Positions 36,425 through 45,587 of a stretch of 64,000 nucleotides of DNA are shown here, in pieces. Where the stretch lies: the NCBI GenBank assembly GCA_964468345.1, contig CAYXVZ010000025.1:5328-69327 (forward strand), given 5' to 3'. The notes beneath the pieces were generated by a model, which was given only the letters and a program-made list of their open reading frames with translations, did no database searches and was not told the DNA's origin. The position numbers and the translations under genes were made by a program. The DNA comes from an uncultured Heliobacteriaceae bacterium. Its GTDB lineage: Bacteria; Acidobacteriota; Blastocatellia; RBC074. The first letter of the stretch is position 1. Every line of letters starts with the position of its first letter.

Positions 36425-37666
36425 ATGACACAGAGAATGTTACAGACCTGCTTTCTTCTTGCGATATTCCTTTTCTGGGTTGGATTCAACGAAGCCGGCG
36501 TGAAAACGCTCGCCTCGAAAGGCGCCAAAACTCCTGGCGCGCCGGATAGCTATCGCGCCGGCGAAGTGGTTGTGGGCATGGTTGCCGGCGGAGACGTGCA
36601 GGCGCTGGTCGCCCGGCACGATATGACGATCAAGGACCGCATCCCGGGGACCGATCAATGGTTGTTGGCGACGCCCCGGACGGTCGAGGAAACGCTCACA
36701 CGTCTCGCAACCGAAACCAGCGTGCTTTTCGCGGGGCCAAACAACAACTTTCGTCATGCCGAAATTCGCCAGCGCAGCCAGGCATTCATCGATCAGCGCA
36801 GCCAGGCGTTCATCGATGGCCAGTCGCCGGTCGATTTTTACGGCCAGCCCTCGCTTCCTCGATTGCATCTGGCTGAAGCGCATCAGATCAGCATGGGCTC
36901 CGGCGTTCGCGTCGCCGTGATCGATACCGGCATCGACTTTGCGCATCCGGCCTTCGCGGGACGGATTCTCTCGCCATATTACGATTTTCTCGACAACGAT
37001 CCCGATCCGCAGGAAATGTTGGGAGGCGCCGGCTCGGGCCACGGAACTTTCGTCGCCGGCCTGGTCGCGCTAGCCGCGCCGGGCGCGATGATTATGCCCC
37101 TGCGCGCGTTCGGCCCCGACGGCAGCGGAAACACCTTCGACATCGCCCGCGCCATTCGTTACGCCGCCGATAATGGCGCCCAGATCATCAATATGAGCTT
37201 CGGCCTGCTCGGCCGCGATGCGATGATCGAAGATGCGCTTTCCTATGCCTATGAGCGCGTCTATATGGTTGCGGCGGCGGGGAACGACAACCAGTACGCC
37301 ATTCATTTTCCGGGCGCGCGATCGAGCAAGACGCTCAGCGTGACTTCGACCGATCACCTCGACCTTCGGGCGCCCTTTTCGAATTATCATCGCGATATTC
37401 ATGTTTCCGCGCCGGGCGTCGACCTGTTTAGCGCCTATCCCGGAAAACGCTGGGCGCGTTGGAGCGGCACTTCTTTTTCCACCGCTCTCGTCACGGGCGA
37501 AGCTGCCCTCGTGCTGCGCCTGAATCCTTCGCTCGGCCGCAAGGATCTAAATGAGATTCTCACTAATGCCGGCGTCAATATCGATGGCCTGAATCCCGGT
37601 TTTGCCCGAACCCTCGGCGAGGTCCGCATCGACTTCCTCTCGGCGGTTCGAAGGGCGCGGGAATAA
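36425..37666 (+). CDS. secreted S8-family (subtilisin-like) serine peptidase
   Basis: Signal peptide. Catalytic triad motifs VAVIDTGIDFAHPAF (Asp), GHGTFVAGL (His), GTSFSTALVTGEAAL (Ser). Contains an in-frame 24-nt tandem duplication (IRQRSQAFIDQRSQAFID). Confidence 0.85.
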   Translation: MTQRMLQTCFLLAIFLFWVGFNEAGVKTLASKGAKTPGAPDSYRAGEVVVGMVAGGDVQALVARHDMTIKDRIPGTDQWLLATPRTVEETLTRLATETSVLFAGPNNNFRHAEIRQRSQAFIDQRSQAFIDGQSPVDFYGQPSLPRLHLAEAHQISMGSGVRVAVIDTGIDFAHPAFAGRILSPYYDFLDNDPDPQEMLGGAGSGHGTFVAGLVALAAPGAMIMPLRAFGPDGSGNTFDIARAIRYAADNGAQIINMSFGLLGRDAMIEDALSYAYERVYMVAAAGNDNQYAIHFPGARSSKTLSVTSTDHLDLRAPFSNYHRDIHVSAPGVDLFSAYPGKRWARWSGTSFSTALVTGEAALVLRLNPSLGRKDLNEILTNAGVNIDGLNPGFARTLGEVRIDFLSAVRRARE

Positions 37667-38184
37667 GCCGATTTCCCCCCGGATCGCCGGCGGAAATCGG
37701 ATTATGGATCAAAATTTAGAAAATAGGGTCTTGAGCATGACTCCGCCTCTTTAGTATATTGAGACATCACGAACACACACGCAGTATGTGCTCCGACATA
37801 ATGCATCCCGTCAAGATCGTGTAATTTGAAACCTCGAATAATTCAGATTACATCCATCGCTTTTTCAATCAACAGCAACGATCCCGTCTCATTGGTTAGC
37901 ACGGGCTTAGACTGACATGTACCTGTCTGGAATCTGTCCGATCGCGTCTGTGGGGACCGACGATCGGGATCAGGAGATGCGTCTATTGCTGTCGCTTGAT
38001 GCCCGGATACTCGCCGTTGCCACCTGATGTGTTCGAATCTCACCTTCGAGCCTTCCTTCATATATTCATAGACTTTTTGTCGACGCACGTATCAGCTGCC
38101 CCGCCACGATACCTGTTGTGCCCTCTGTACCAATCGTGTTTGAACAATCGAATCGAAAAAAACAACTGAGAAGAAGAGACAATA
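37667..38184 (+). promoter_or_regulatory. ~500-bp low-GC non-coding region upstream of the second WcaL-like GT4 gene
   Basis: No ORF. AT-rich stretches (TTAGAAAATAGGG, TTTAGTATATTGAGACATCACGAACACACACGCAGTATGTG, CAATAATGATGATG). Ends at the GT4 start. Confidence 0.4.
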
Positions 38185-39606
38185 ATGATGATGAGAAATA
38201 CTGAGGGAATGGACCAGGAATCTACTACCGCACGCCGGCCAGAGATCGGATATATCGTTCGAACGTTCGGCCGGAACCCGGAAAACTTTATTACCAACGA
38301 AATCTATATGCTCGAATCGCTCGGCGCGAAGCTGTCGATTTTTTCCATCAATCGACTGCGCAATCCGCCGGCCGAGGGAATTTTCAGCCGCATTCGGTCT
38401 TCGATCACCTACCTGCCGAATGCCGAACAGATGGAAAACGACAGTTATCTGATTTCGCTTTATCTTTCCTTCATTGCCTATGCGAAAGCGCATCTGTGGC
38501 TGCTCAGCGCGTCGCCGCTCACATATGTGAGCACGCTTTTCGAGGCGATTCATTTTTGCTTTCGCTATGCGCCGAGCCGGACAAGCCCCCGCAAGATCTT
38601 TCTGCGGGATTTCATTCGCGCCGGCTATGTCGCGGCGCAGGTCGTGAAGCAGGGAAACATCAAGCACCTGCATGCGCACTTCGCACATAACGCGACGACG
38701 ATCGCGATGTTCGCGAGCCGCCTGTCGGGCGTTCCGTACAGCTTCGCGGCGCATGCGCAGGACACCTTCGTCGATGAAGTCAATCCTGGCGATTTGTTGC
38801 AGATCAAGACCGATCGCGCGCGATTCGTCGTGGCGAGCACGGAAGGCAACTACCGCCACCTCGAAAGCATTTCCGAAGAAGAGACGCCGCTGCACCTGCT
38901 GTATCAAGGACTGGATCCTTCCTACTTCATGCGCACGGGAGAGCTGCCGCAACGTCCGGTGCAAAGCAAGCCGCTGATCGTTTCGGTCGGGCAGATGGTC
39001 GATAAGAACGGCTATGAATACCTGATCAAGGCATGTCATCTGTTGCGCGAACAGGGCAAGCATTTCAAATGCCTGATCGTCGGCCCGCAGGAAGACAATT
39101 TCCATCGCCTGAAAAGAATGATTCAGGAGATGCGGCTGGAAGGCACCGTCTCCCTTCGTCCTTCGATGCAGCCGCAGCAGATGCGCGAACTGTATTCGCA
39201 GGCCACCTTGTTTGCATTGCCCTGCCTGGTCGGTGAAAACGGCGAGCGCGACGGCATTCCGATGCCGATGATCGAGGCTATGGCCATGCGCGTTCCGGTC
39301 GTCTCGACCTACACTTCGGGCATCACCGAATTGATTCAATCGGGCATCGATGGCAAGCTCGTTCCGTCCAAAGATGAAGTCCGGCTGGCCGAGGCCATCG
39401 GGGAATTGCTCGACAATCCGAAACTGCGCCAGCGCCTGGCCGAGGCCGCCCGCGCCCGCGTCGTTCGTCATTTCGACGCGACCCGCAACATCGGCTATCT
39501 GAAAAACCTCTTTATCGAATCGCTTCGCACGCAGATCAAACCGAAGTATGCCCTCGCCGAACTTCCGGTCGAATCGGCAATGAACACCGAAGCGACGATG
39601 TCCTGA
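38185..39606 (+). CDS. GT4 glycosyltransferase, WcaL/AmsK-like (paralog of 19179..20573)
   Basis: ENFITNEIYMLESLGA.., HAHFAHNATTIAMFASRLSGVPYSFAAHAQD, LPCLVGENGERDGIPMPMIEAMAMRVPVVSTYTSGITEL. About 50% identity to the first copy across the full length. Confidence 0.8.
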   Translation: MMMRNTEGMDQESTTARRPEIGYIVRTFGRNPENFITNEIYMLESLGAKLSIFSINRLRNPPAEGIFSRIRSSITYLPNAEQMENDSYLISLYLSFIAYAKAHLWLLSASPLTYVSTLFEAIHFCFRYAPSRTSPRKIFLRDFIRAGYVAAQVVKQGNIKHLHAHFAHNATTIAMFASRLSGVPYSFAAHAQDTFVDEVNPGDLLQIKTDRARFVVASTEGNYRHLESISEEETPLHLLYQGLDPSYFMRTGELPQRPVQSKPLIVSVGQMVDKNGYEYLIKACHLLREQGKHFKCLIVGPQEDNFHRLKRMIQEMRLEGTVSLRPSMQPQQMRELYSQATLFALPCLVGENGERDGIPMPMIEAMAMRVPVVSTYTSGITELIQSGIDGKLVPSKDEVRLAEAIGELLDNPKLRQRLAEAARARVVRHFDATRNIGYLKNLFIESLRTQIKPKYALAELPVESAMNTEATMS

Positions 39607-39892
39607 ACGCGGCGGCATTCAATTCAAAATCCAGAGAGCACGAGGGAACAAGCGTCCTTCGTGCTCTTTATTTTTGCGATCGCGCGCGGAATCGGAGGTT
39701 GTTGAAACCGGCCGCAATTCCGGTGGCGTATATGCACGTGCAATTGCATCGTTGTGGGATAATGTCCGCCGGTCTGTTTTTCACCGATAACTTCTCAATT
39801 CTGTCTGTGTCGCCGGATTTATGGTTCGGCCCGCGCCGGGCCGTTTCTGTCGCTTCGCGCGCCGGTCGAGCCGCGGAAGGAAAGTAACAAGA

Positions 39893-40675
39893 ATGGTTCA
39901 TAACACACCCGAGGCCGCATCAATCCTGTGGCGGCATTGGAACGAATTGACCCGCATTGATGAACTGCCCTCCGCGTGCCGGCCGTCGGATCGCGCGGCG
40001 GGGTATGCGATTCAGGCGGCGTTCGCCGGGCTTTCAGGCCAGGCCGTGGCCGGCTGGAAAATCGCTGCCACCAGCCGCGCGGGCCAGTTGCACATCGGCG
40101 TCGATGGCCCGCTGGCGGGCCGCTTGCTGGCCGATCGCATGCGCAGCCCCGGCGCGACCATTTCGCTTCGGCAAAATCTGATGCGCGTTGCCGAAGCGGA
40201 ATTCGCGTTTCGATTTGCCCGGCCCTTGCCCAAACGAGAGGAAGCTTACACGGTCGACGAAGTCCTCGCCGCGGTCGAGTCGCTGCATCCGGCCATCGAA
40301 GTCCCGGATTCCCGCTATCACGATTTCGCGCGCGTCGGCGCGCCGCAATTGATCGCCGACAATGCCTGCGCTTGCTGGTTTGTGCTCGGCTCCGCGACCA
40401 CGGCGGACTGGCGGTCGATGGACCTGATCGCGCATCGCGTCACCGCCTATTGCAACGATGCGGTTGCCGGCGAAGGCAGCGGCGTCAACGTTCTGGGCGA
40501 TCCGCGCGTGGCGCTCGCCTGGCTGGCCAATGAGGTCTGCCAGTACGCCGACGGCCTGCGGGCCGGCGACGTCGTCACCACCGGCACCTGTGTTCCGCCC
40601 GTCGCCATTCTGCCCGGCGACCGGGTTGCCGTGGATTTCGGTCCCCTCGGTAGCCTGGACGTGAAATTTACTTGA
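39893..40675 (+). CDS. 2-keto-4-pentenoate hydratase / 2-oxohept-3-enedioate hydratase family (MhpD/HpaH-like)
   Basis: ..AAGYAIQAAFAGL..GQAVAGWKIAATSRAGQ.., ..GDVVTTGTCVPPVAILPGDRVAVDFGPLGSLDVKFT, typical of this FAH-fold hydratase family. Confidence 0.7.
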   Translation: MVHNTPEAASILWRHWNELTRIDELPSACRPSDRAAGYAIQAAFAGLSGQAVAGWKIAATSRAGQLHIGVDGPLAGRLLADRMRSPGATISLRQNLMRVAEAEFAFRFARPLPKREEAYTVDEVLAAVESLHPAIEVPDSRYHDFARVGAPQLIADNACACWFVLGSATTADWRSMDLIAHRVTAYCNDAVAGEGSGVNVLGDPRVALAWLANEVCQYADGLRAGDVVTTGTCVPPVAILPGDRVAVDFGPLGSLDVKFT

Positions 40676-40676
40676 T

Positions 40677-40796
40677 CCATTCGTTATTTCCGTCTGTTCC
40701 ATTCTCTCAAGAATTTCTTTGGGTACGGTCCGCACGCTTCGTGCTCTTCGTTTCTTCGTGGTAAAAGCTTTATTCCAAAATTGTTTGCACTGCTTT
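40677..40796. repeat. half-copy of the CACGAAGAR/ACGGAA composite element
   Basis: TTCGTTATTTCCGTCTGTTCC ... CGCTTCGTGCTCTTCGTTTCTTCGTGGTAAAAGCTTTATTCCAAAATTGTTTGCACTG. Collinear with the right half of 50729-50985 and with 55900-55960 (reverse complement). Confidence 0.75.
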
Positions 40797-40851
40797 AGAT
40801 GATAACCCTTTGCGCGCACGCAGTACGCGCGCCTCACCCGAGAGGCAAAAG

Positions 40852-42786
40852 ATGAAAAAGATAACCCGCGTTTTCTCGTCGGTCATGGTGGCTGTGTTGC
40901 TGCTTGGCGCGCTGCAAACGGGGCCGATGCCGTCGGCCGCCGCCCAGGGGCAGGTGCCCGCGCTCGGCGATTTCGACGCGGGAAAAAGCGAACTGCGCCC
41001 GATGATCGAACGCTTCGTGGCCGATCGCGGCAGTCTCACCCGATCCTATCCGGTCCAGATTTCGCAGAACCGGCAGGCTCGCTTCAAACAGTTTTATCAG
41101 GACTGGCTCGCGTTGCTGGGCAAAATGAACTTCGAAACGCTGAGCGCCGAAGGCAAGGTCGATTATGTTCTTTTCCGAAATCACCTGGAGCATGAACTGC
41201 AACAGGTCGATATCGACGGCCGCGCGCTGGCCGAGATTGCGCCGTTTATGCCCTTCGCCGATCAGATCGTCGCCCTGGCCGAAGCGCGCCGCCGGATGGA
41301 AAAGATCGATCCCGCGAAACTCGCCGCGCAGCTCAACGAGATGAACAAACAGGTCGAAGCCTCGCGCCGCGCGCTGGAAACCTCGCTTCGCGCCGAGCCC
41401 GGAAGGCTCAAGCGATCGGTCGCCAATCGCGCGGCGACGACGCTGGGCAGCCTGCGCAACACGCTTCGCACCTGGTACGGCTATTACAGCGGCTACGATC
41501 CGCTCTTCACATGGTGGGTGGAAGAACCCTATAAGACCATCGACCAATCGCTCGCGTCCTATGCGACGTTTGTGAATGAGCGCATCGTGGGCATTCGCAC
41601 CGCGGAGAGCGCGGCAACCATGGCGCAGCAGCAGGGGGCGCAGGGACCGCAGGCCGGCGGACGCGGCGCGGGGCCCGGCGGAGGCGGCTTTGCCGCCGGC
41701 GGGCGGCCGGGCGGCGGTGGATTCGGCGGCGGCCAGGGGCGTCCCGTGACGGCCCGGCCGGGCGATGCCAGCGACATCATCGGCGATCCCATCGGACGCG
41801 ACGCCTTGATGATCGAGCTTGCGGCCGAGATGATTCCGTATACGCCCGAAGAGTTGATCGACATCGGCTATAAGGAACTTGCCTGGTGCGAGAATGAAAT
41901 GAAAAAGGCTTCGCGCGAACTGGGCTTTGGCGACGACTGGCACAAGGCGCTCGAACACGTCAAGAACAAGTACGTGGAGCCCGGCAAACAAACCGAAGTC
42001 ATCAAGGACCTCGCGATGGAAGCCATCGAGTATGTGGAGAAGAACAATCTTGTCACCGTTCCGCCGCTGGCCCGCGAATCATGGCGCATGGAAATGATGT
42101 CGCCCGAGCGGCAACTGGTCAGTCCTTTCTTTCTCGGCGGCGAAGTCATTCAGGTTTCGTATCCGACCAACACCATGGCGCACGAACAGAAGATGATGAG
42201 CATGCGCGGCAACAATCCGCATTTTTCCCGCGCGACGGTGCATCACGAACTGATCCCGGGCCATCACCTGCAGGGCTTTATGACCCAGCGATACAAATCC
42301 TATCGCGGCCTGTTCAGCACGCCGTTCTGGGGCGAGGGCTGGGCGCTGTATTGGGAGCTGCTGCTGTGGGATCGCGGCTTTCCCAAAACGCCCGAGGACC
42401 GCATCGGCTTTCTGTTCTGGCGCAGCCATCGGTGCGCGCGCATCGTCTTTTCCCTGAGCTTTCATATGGAAAAGATGACGCCGCAGGAATGCATCGAACT
42501 GCTGGTCAACAAAGTCGGCCATGAACGCGACAATGCGACGGCCGAAGTGCGGCGCTCCTTTGCCGGCGATTACGGCCCGCTCTATCAGGCGGCCTATCTG
42601 CTCGGCGGATTGCAGATCTATTCGCTGCACAAAGAACTCGTGAAGACGGGCAGGATGACCGATCGCGACTTTCACGACACCATCCTCAAAGAGAATCGCA
42701 TCCCGATCGAAATGGTTCGCGCCATTTTGACCAAGCAGAAACTCACGAAGGATTTCAAAACGCAGTGGCGGTTTTATGGATCGTGA
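40852..42786 (+). CDS. secreted DUF885-family putative metallopeptidase
   Basis: Signal peptide MKKITRVFSSVMVAVLLLGALQTGPMPSAAAQ. HHELIPGHHLQGF...FWGEGWALYWE (DUF885 zinc motif). Contains a Gly-rich low-complexity insert (GGRGAGPGGGGFAAGGRPGGGGFGGGQG). Confidence 0.7.
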   Translation: MKKITRVFSSVMVAVLLLGALQTGPMPSAAAQGQVPALGDFDAGKSELRPMIERFVADRGSLTRSYPVQISQNRQARFKQFYQDWLALLGKMNFETLSAEGKVDYVLFRNHLEHELQQVDIDGRALAEIAPFMPFADQIVALAEARRRMEKIDPAKLAAQLNEMNKQVEASRRALETSLRAEPGRLKRSVANRAATTLGSLRNTLRTWYGYYSGYDPLFTWWVEEPYKTIDQSLASYATFVNERIVGIRTAESAATMAQQQGAQGPQAGGRGAGPGGGGFAAGGRPGGGGFGGGQGRPVTARPGDASDIIGDPIGRDALMIELAAEMIPYTPEELIDIGYKELAWCENEMKKASRELGFGDDWHKALEHVKNKYVEPGKQTEVIKDLAMEAIEYVEKNNLVTVPPLARESWRMEMMSPERQLVSPFFLGGEVIQVSYPTNTMAHEQKMMSMRGNNPHFSRATVHHELIPGHHLQGFMTQRYKSYRGLFSTPFWGEGWALYWELLLWDRGFPKTPEDRIGFLFWRSHRCARIVFSLSFHMEKMTPQECIELLVNKVGHERDNATAEVRRSFAGDYGPLYQAAYLLGGLQIYSLHKELVKTGRMTDRDFHDTILKENRIPIEMVRAILTKQKLTKDFKTQWRFYGS

Positions 42787-42817
42787 TTGCGATCTTGAAG
42801 TGAATCGGTAAAGAAGA

Positions 42818-42888
42818 AAATCAAAAGGCAAAAGTAAGAACGCTCTTTACTTTTGCCTTTTGATATTTGCCTTTTGCCTTTTGATTTC
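42818..42888. repeat. GCAAAAG-family palindrome, copy 4; probable bidirectional terminator
   Basis: GAAAATCAAAAGGCAAAAGTAAGA-acgc-TCTTTACTTTTGCCTTTTGATATTTGCCTTTTGCCTTTTGATTTC, between convergent genes. Confidence 0.8.
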
Positions 42889-42889
42889 T

Positions 42890-43756
42890 TCAGCCGCGCA
42901 GAGTGCGTTCGCTCCACTCCTTTAAGGTCGTCGGCGTGGTCGTTTCCGCCGTTCGCTTCTCCGCCACAGCGCCGGGTTGCTGCAGTGCTTGATACATTTG
43001 CACATAAGCCGCGGCGAATCCTTTGCTCAGGCCGGCGCCGTGAAAAGCTTCATAAGCCTGTTCGGGCGTGATCTGGATGTGGCGCACCGGGCGGCCGATT
43101 GCTTCGCCCAGAATCTGGGCGGCTTCCGCAAAGCTCACATCGGCCGGGCCGTGCACGCCGCGAATATTGCGCCCTTTCCAGCTTCGATGCAGCAGCGCCT
43201 CCGCCGCCACATCGCCGATATCTTGCGTGGCGACCATCGGGTATTTCGTGTCGGCCGGAAATGGATAATAAATCGCGCCCTCATTTTTCATTCCCGCAAG
43301 GCCGTGCAAAAAATTCTCCATAAAAAAGCCTGCCCGCAGGTGCAATGTATTTGGCGCCGCTTCATCCAAAAGTTTTTCGACCAGACCGACCCCAGTGATT
43401 GGACCGGCGTTTTCGAGTTGCGCTCCCGTGCTTGAAATGCTGACGACATGCGGAACCTTGTTTTCCCGAATGGCATTAGCCGCAATGGTCCCGAACTGAC
43501 GGGTATAGCCGATCACATCTTCCTGGGAATAATCCGTCGGCGTGACCCACAGCACGGCTTCCGCGCCGCGAAAGGCTTTCGATACAAGTTCGGAATCGAG
43601 CAACGAGCCCTGATGAATTTCGATTTGCCCGCGAATCTCCGGTGCGAGCTTGTCGGGATTGCGAACGATGACGGAAACCTTCGCGCCGGCTTTTAAGAGC
43701 TGTTGCAGCGCGCGGCTGCCGATATTGCCCGTGGGCGTTGAAATCACGATTGACAT
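42890..43756 (-). CDS. NmrA-like NAD(P)-binding protein (atypical SDR)
   Basis: MSIVISTPTGNIGSRALQQLLKAGAKVSVIVRNPDKL (Rossmann TGxxGxxG). Strong Shine-Dalgarno GGAGGAGG upstream. Divergent from the AraC regulator. Confidence 0.75.
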   Translation of the reverse strand: MSIVISTPTGNIGSRALQQLLKAGAKVSVIVRNPDKLAPEIRGQIEIHQGSLLDSELVSKAFRGAEAVLWVTPTDYSQEDVIGYTRQFGTIAANAIRENKVPHVVSISSTGAQLENAGPITGVGLVEKLLDEAAPNTLHLRAGFFMENFLHGLAGMKNEGAIYYPFPADTKYPMVATQDIGDVAAEALLHRSWKGRNIRGVHGPADVSFAEAAQILGEAIGRPVRHIQITPEQAYEAFHGAGLSKGFAAAYVQMYQALQQPGAVAEKRTAETTTPTTLKEWSERTLRG

Positions 43757-43847
43757 AACCTTCCTCCTCCAGTTGTTGTTGATCTATCCTCGAAAGGCAG
43801 GGTAATCTTGCCGGGCAGGATTTTCTATGTGAGGGAAGCCAGGTTTT

Positions 43848-44828
43848 ATGTCAGATCGTCCACAGTCCGATGCCTTGAACGAAGCGCTCAACACGATTCG
43901 CGTGCGCAGCACGGTGTATTGCCCCATCGAAATCGCCGCGCCATGGGGATTGCAGATTCCCGAGGAAGCGGGCTCGCCTTTTTTCATTTTGACGAAAGGA
44001 CGGGCATGGCTCGAGATCGAATCGTTGCGGATTCGTCGCTGGCTCCATACGGGAGATTTTTTGTTGCTTACGAAAAGCTGCGTGACGCGTATTTCCGATT
44101 CACCGCAGTCGAAGCTCATGGACTTGCCTGAATGGCTGCGCCGCAACCCGCCGCAGGCCGATGGAACGTTCAAGGTCAAAGGCCGCGGCGAAGTTTCGAA
44201 GTTCATCGGCGGTACCTTTCTGATCGAGAATCACGAAAGCCATCCGCTGTTGAAAGTCCTGCCGCCATTTCTGCATTTTTCCGCCACGACGACGGAGCAG
44301 AAAGGCAACGGCAGGCTGGATCACTGGCTGGACACGACCATCGGCTTTCTTCTCTCGGAGGTGAAATCGCGCCGGCCGGGCGCGACGCCCATCATCGCCC
44401 GCCTCTCCGACATCCTGTTCATACAGGCGGTGCGCGCATTCGCGGTCACGAATAGCTGCGGGCAACAGAACTGGTTTGCGGCCGCGGCGGACGCGCAGAT
44501 CGGCGAAGCGCTCGCGCGCATTCACCGCGCGCCGCAGGATGCCTGGACCGTCGAGAAACTCGCCGCCGTCGCGGGGATGTCCCGCTCCGCCTTTGCGGCG
44601 CGCTTTTCCGCATTGGTGGGCGAGCCCCCGCTTCGCTATCTTTCGCGCTGGCGCATGCACCTCGCAATTGAAATGCTTCGCGAAGGCCGCCTCTCGACCG
44701 CCGAAATCTCTTCGCAAATGGGCTATGAAAGCGAAGCCGCTTTCAGCAAGGCCTTTAAAAAATGGAATGGCCGCGGCCCCGGCGCTTATCGGGCTTCAAA
44801 GACGGCGCGGCAATCGATAGCAAGGTGA
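43848..44828 (+). CDS. AraC-family transcriptional regulator (cupin N-domain + AraC HTH)
   Basis: C-terminal ..WTVEKLAAVAGMSRSAFAARFSALVGEPPLRYLSRWRMHLAIEMLREGRLSTAEISSQMGYESEAAFSKAFKK, which is the AraC/XylS HTH signature. Confidence 0.8.
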   Translation: MSDRPQSDALNEALNTIRVRSTVYCPIEIAAPWGLQIPEEAGSPFFILTKGRAWLEIESLRIRRWLHTGDFLLLTKSCVTRISDSPQSKLMDLPEWLRRNPPQADGTFKVKGRGEVSKFIGGTFLIENHESHPLLKVLPPFLHFSATTTEQKGNGRLDHWLDTTIGFLLSEVKSRRPGATPIIARLSDILFIQAVRAFAVTNSCGQQNWFAAAADAQIGEALARIHRAPQDAWTVEKLAAVAGMSRSAFAARFSALVGEPPLRYLSRWRMHLAIEMLREGRLSTAEISSQMGYESEAAFSKAFKKWNGRGPGAYRASKTARQSIAR

Positions 44829-44884
44829 GGTGTTCTCGAGATCCGCGGATTGGCTTTGGTCCTTATTTCCGCGGGGCCGGGTTC

Positions 44885-45310
44885 TTATTGCCCTTTTTCC
44901 GCGCGTTGTTTGAGCGCTGTTGCGAATTCGTCGAAAGCGGGCTGCAAGTCCGGGATGGATTTTTCGATCAGGGGCGAGAGCAGGCCACTGAATACTTCGT
45001 GCATGCGAAACTCGACGCTGCCGTCGTTTTTCGGCGTCAGGGAATAGGTTCGTTCGCCCTTGAAAAGGCCGAGCGGCATCCCGCCGGTCCAGACCATTTT
45101 TTGCCTCGGAACGAACTCCGCGACTTTGACGGGAAAGGCGCGGCCCGGATTGATTCGTGTATGGACGGTGACTTTTTCACCGGGCGCAATGCGGCCCTCA
45201 ATTTTATCGATTGTTGGATTCCATTCCGTCCAACGGGCGGCATCTGTCAAAATATTCCAAATTTTTTCGGCGGACGATTGAATGACGATTGAAGTGGCGA
45301 ACGATTTCAT
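44885..45310 (-). CDS. SRPBCC-superfamily (polyketide-cyclase/Bet v1-like) protein
   Basis: MKSFATSIVIQSSAEKIWNILTDAARWTEWNP.. is a typical SRPBCC N-terminus. Track ORF to 45508 is over-extended. Confidence 0.6.
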   Translation of the reverse strand: MKSFATSIVIQSSAEKIWNILTDAARWTEWNPTIDKIEGRIAPGEKVTVHTRINPGRAFPVKVAEFVPRQKMVWTGGMPLGLFKGERTYSLTPKNDGSVEFRMHEVFSGLLSPLIEKSIPDLQPAFDEFATALKQRAEKGQ

Positions 45311-45587
45311 AAGATTGGCTCCATTGGCTGTAAATCCGCGGTAACAGGTTGATCGTTGCTTGAATACGGAATCATCAATACGGTCAGAATATGGCCACGC
45401 GCGGCGCTCGAAAAGTTTCTTGCGCGCTGATACTACAACGATGTATACGCTGATGGGAATGCCCGACGAATGTGCTGGCCAGTATGTATTACGCAGTGAT
45501 TTCGCCATGGCTTTTTCTTTGCTAGTCCCTTATTTTGTCCCTTCGAGCACGCATGGCGAATTCACCCCAAAGGAATATTTCTCCCGC

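Noticed and set aside
38020-38045. tRNA-like T-loop sequence GTGTTCGAATCTCAC in the low-GC region.
   Set aside because: Flanking bases do not form a T-stem, acceptor stem or anticodon arm. It is probably a chance match or an att-site remnant at best.
41620-41770. Gly-rich low-complexity stretch in the DUF885 gene, considered as a separate repeat element or frameshift.
   Set aside because: The reading frame is continuous and flanked by conserved DUF885 sequence on both sides. It is an in-frame low-complexity insert.
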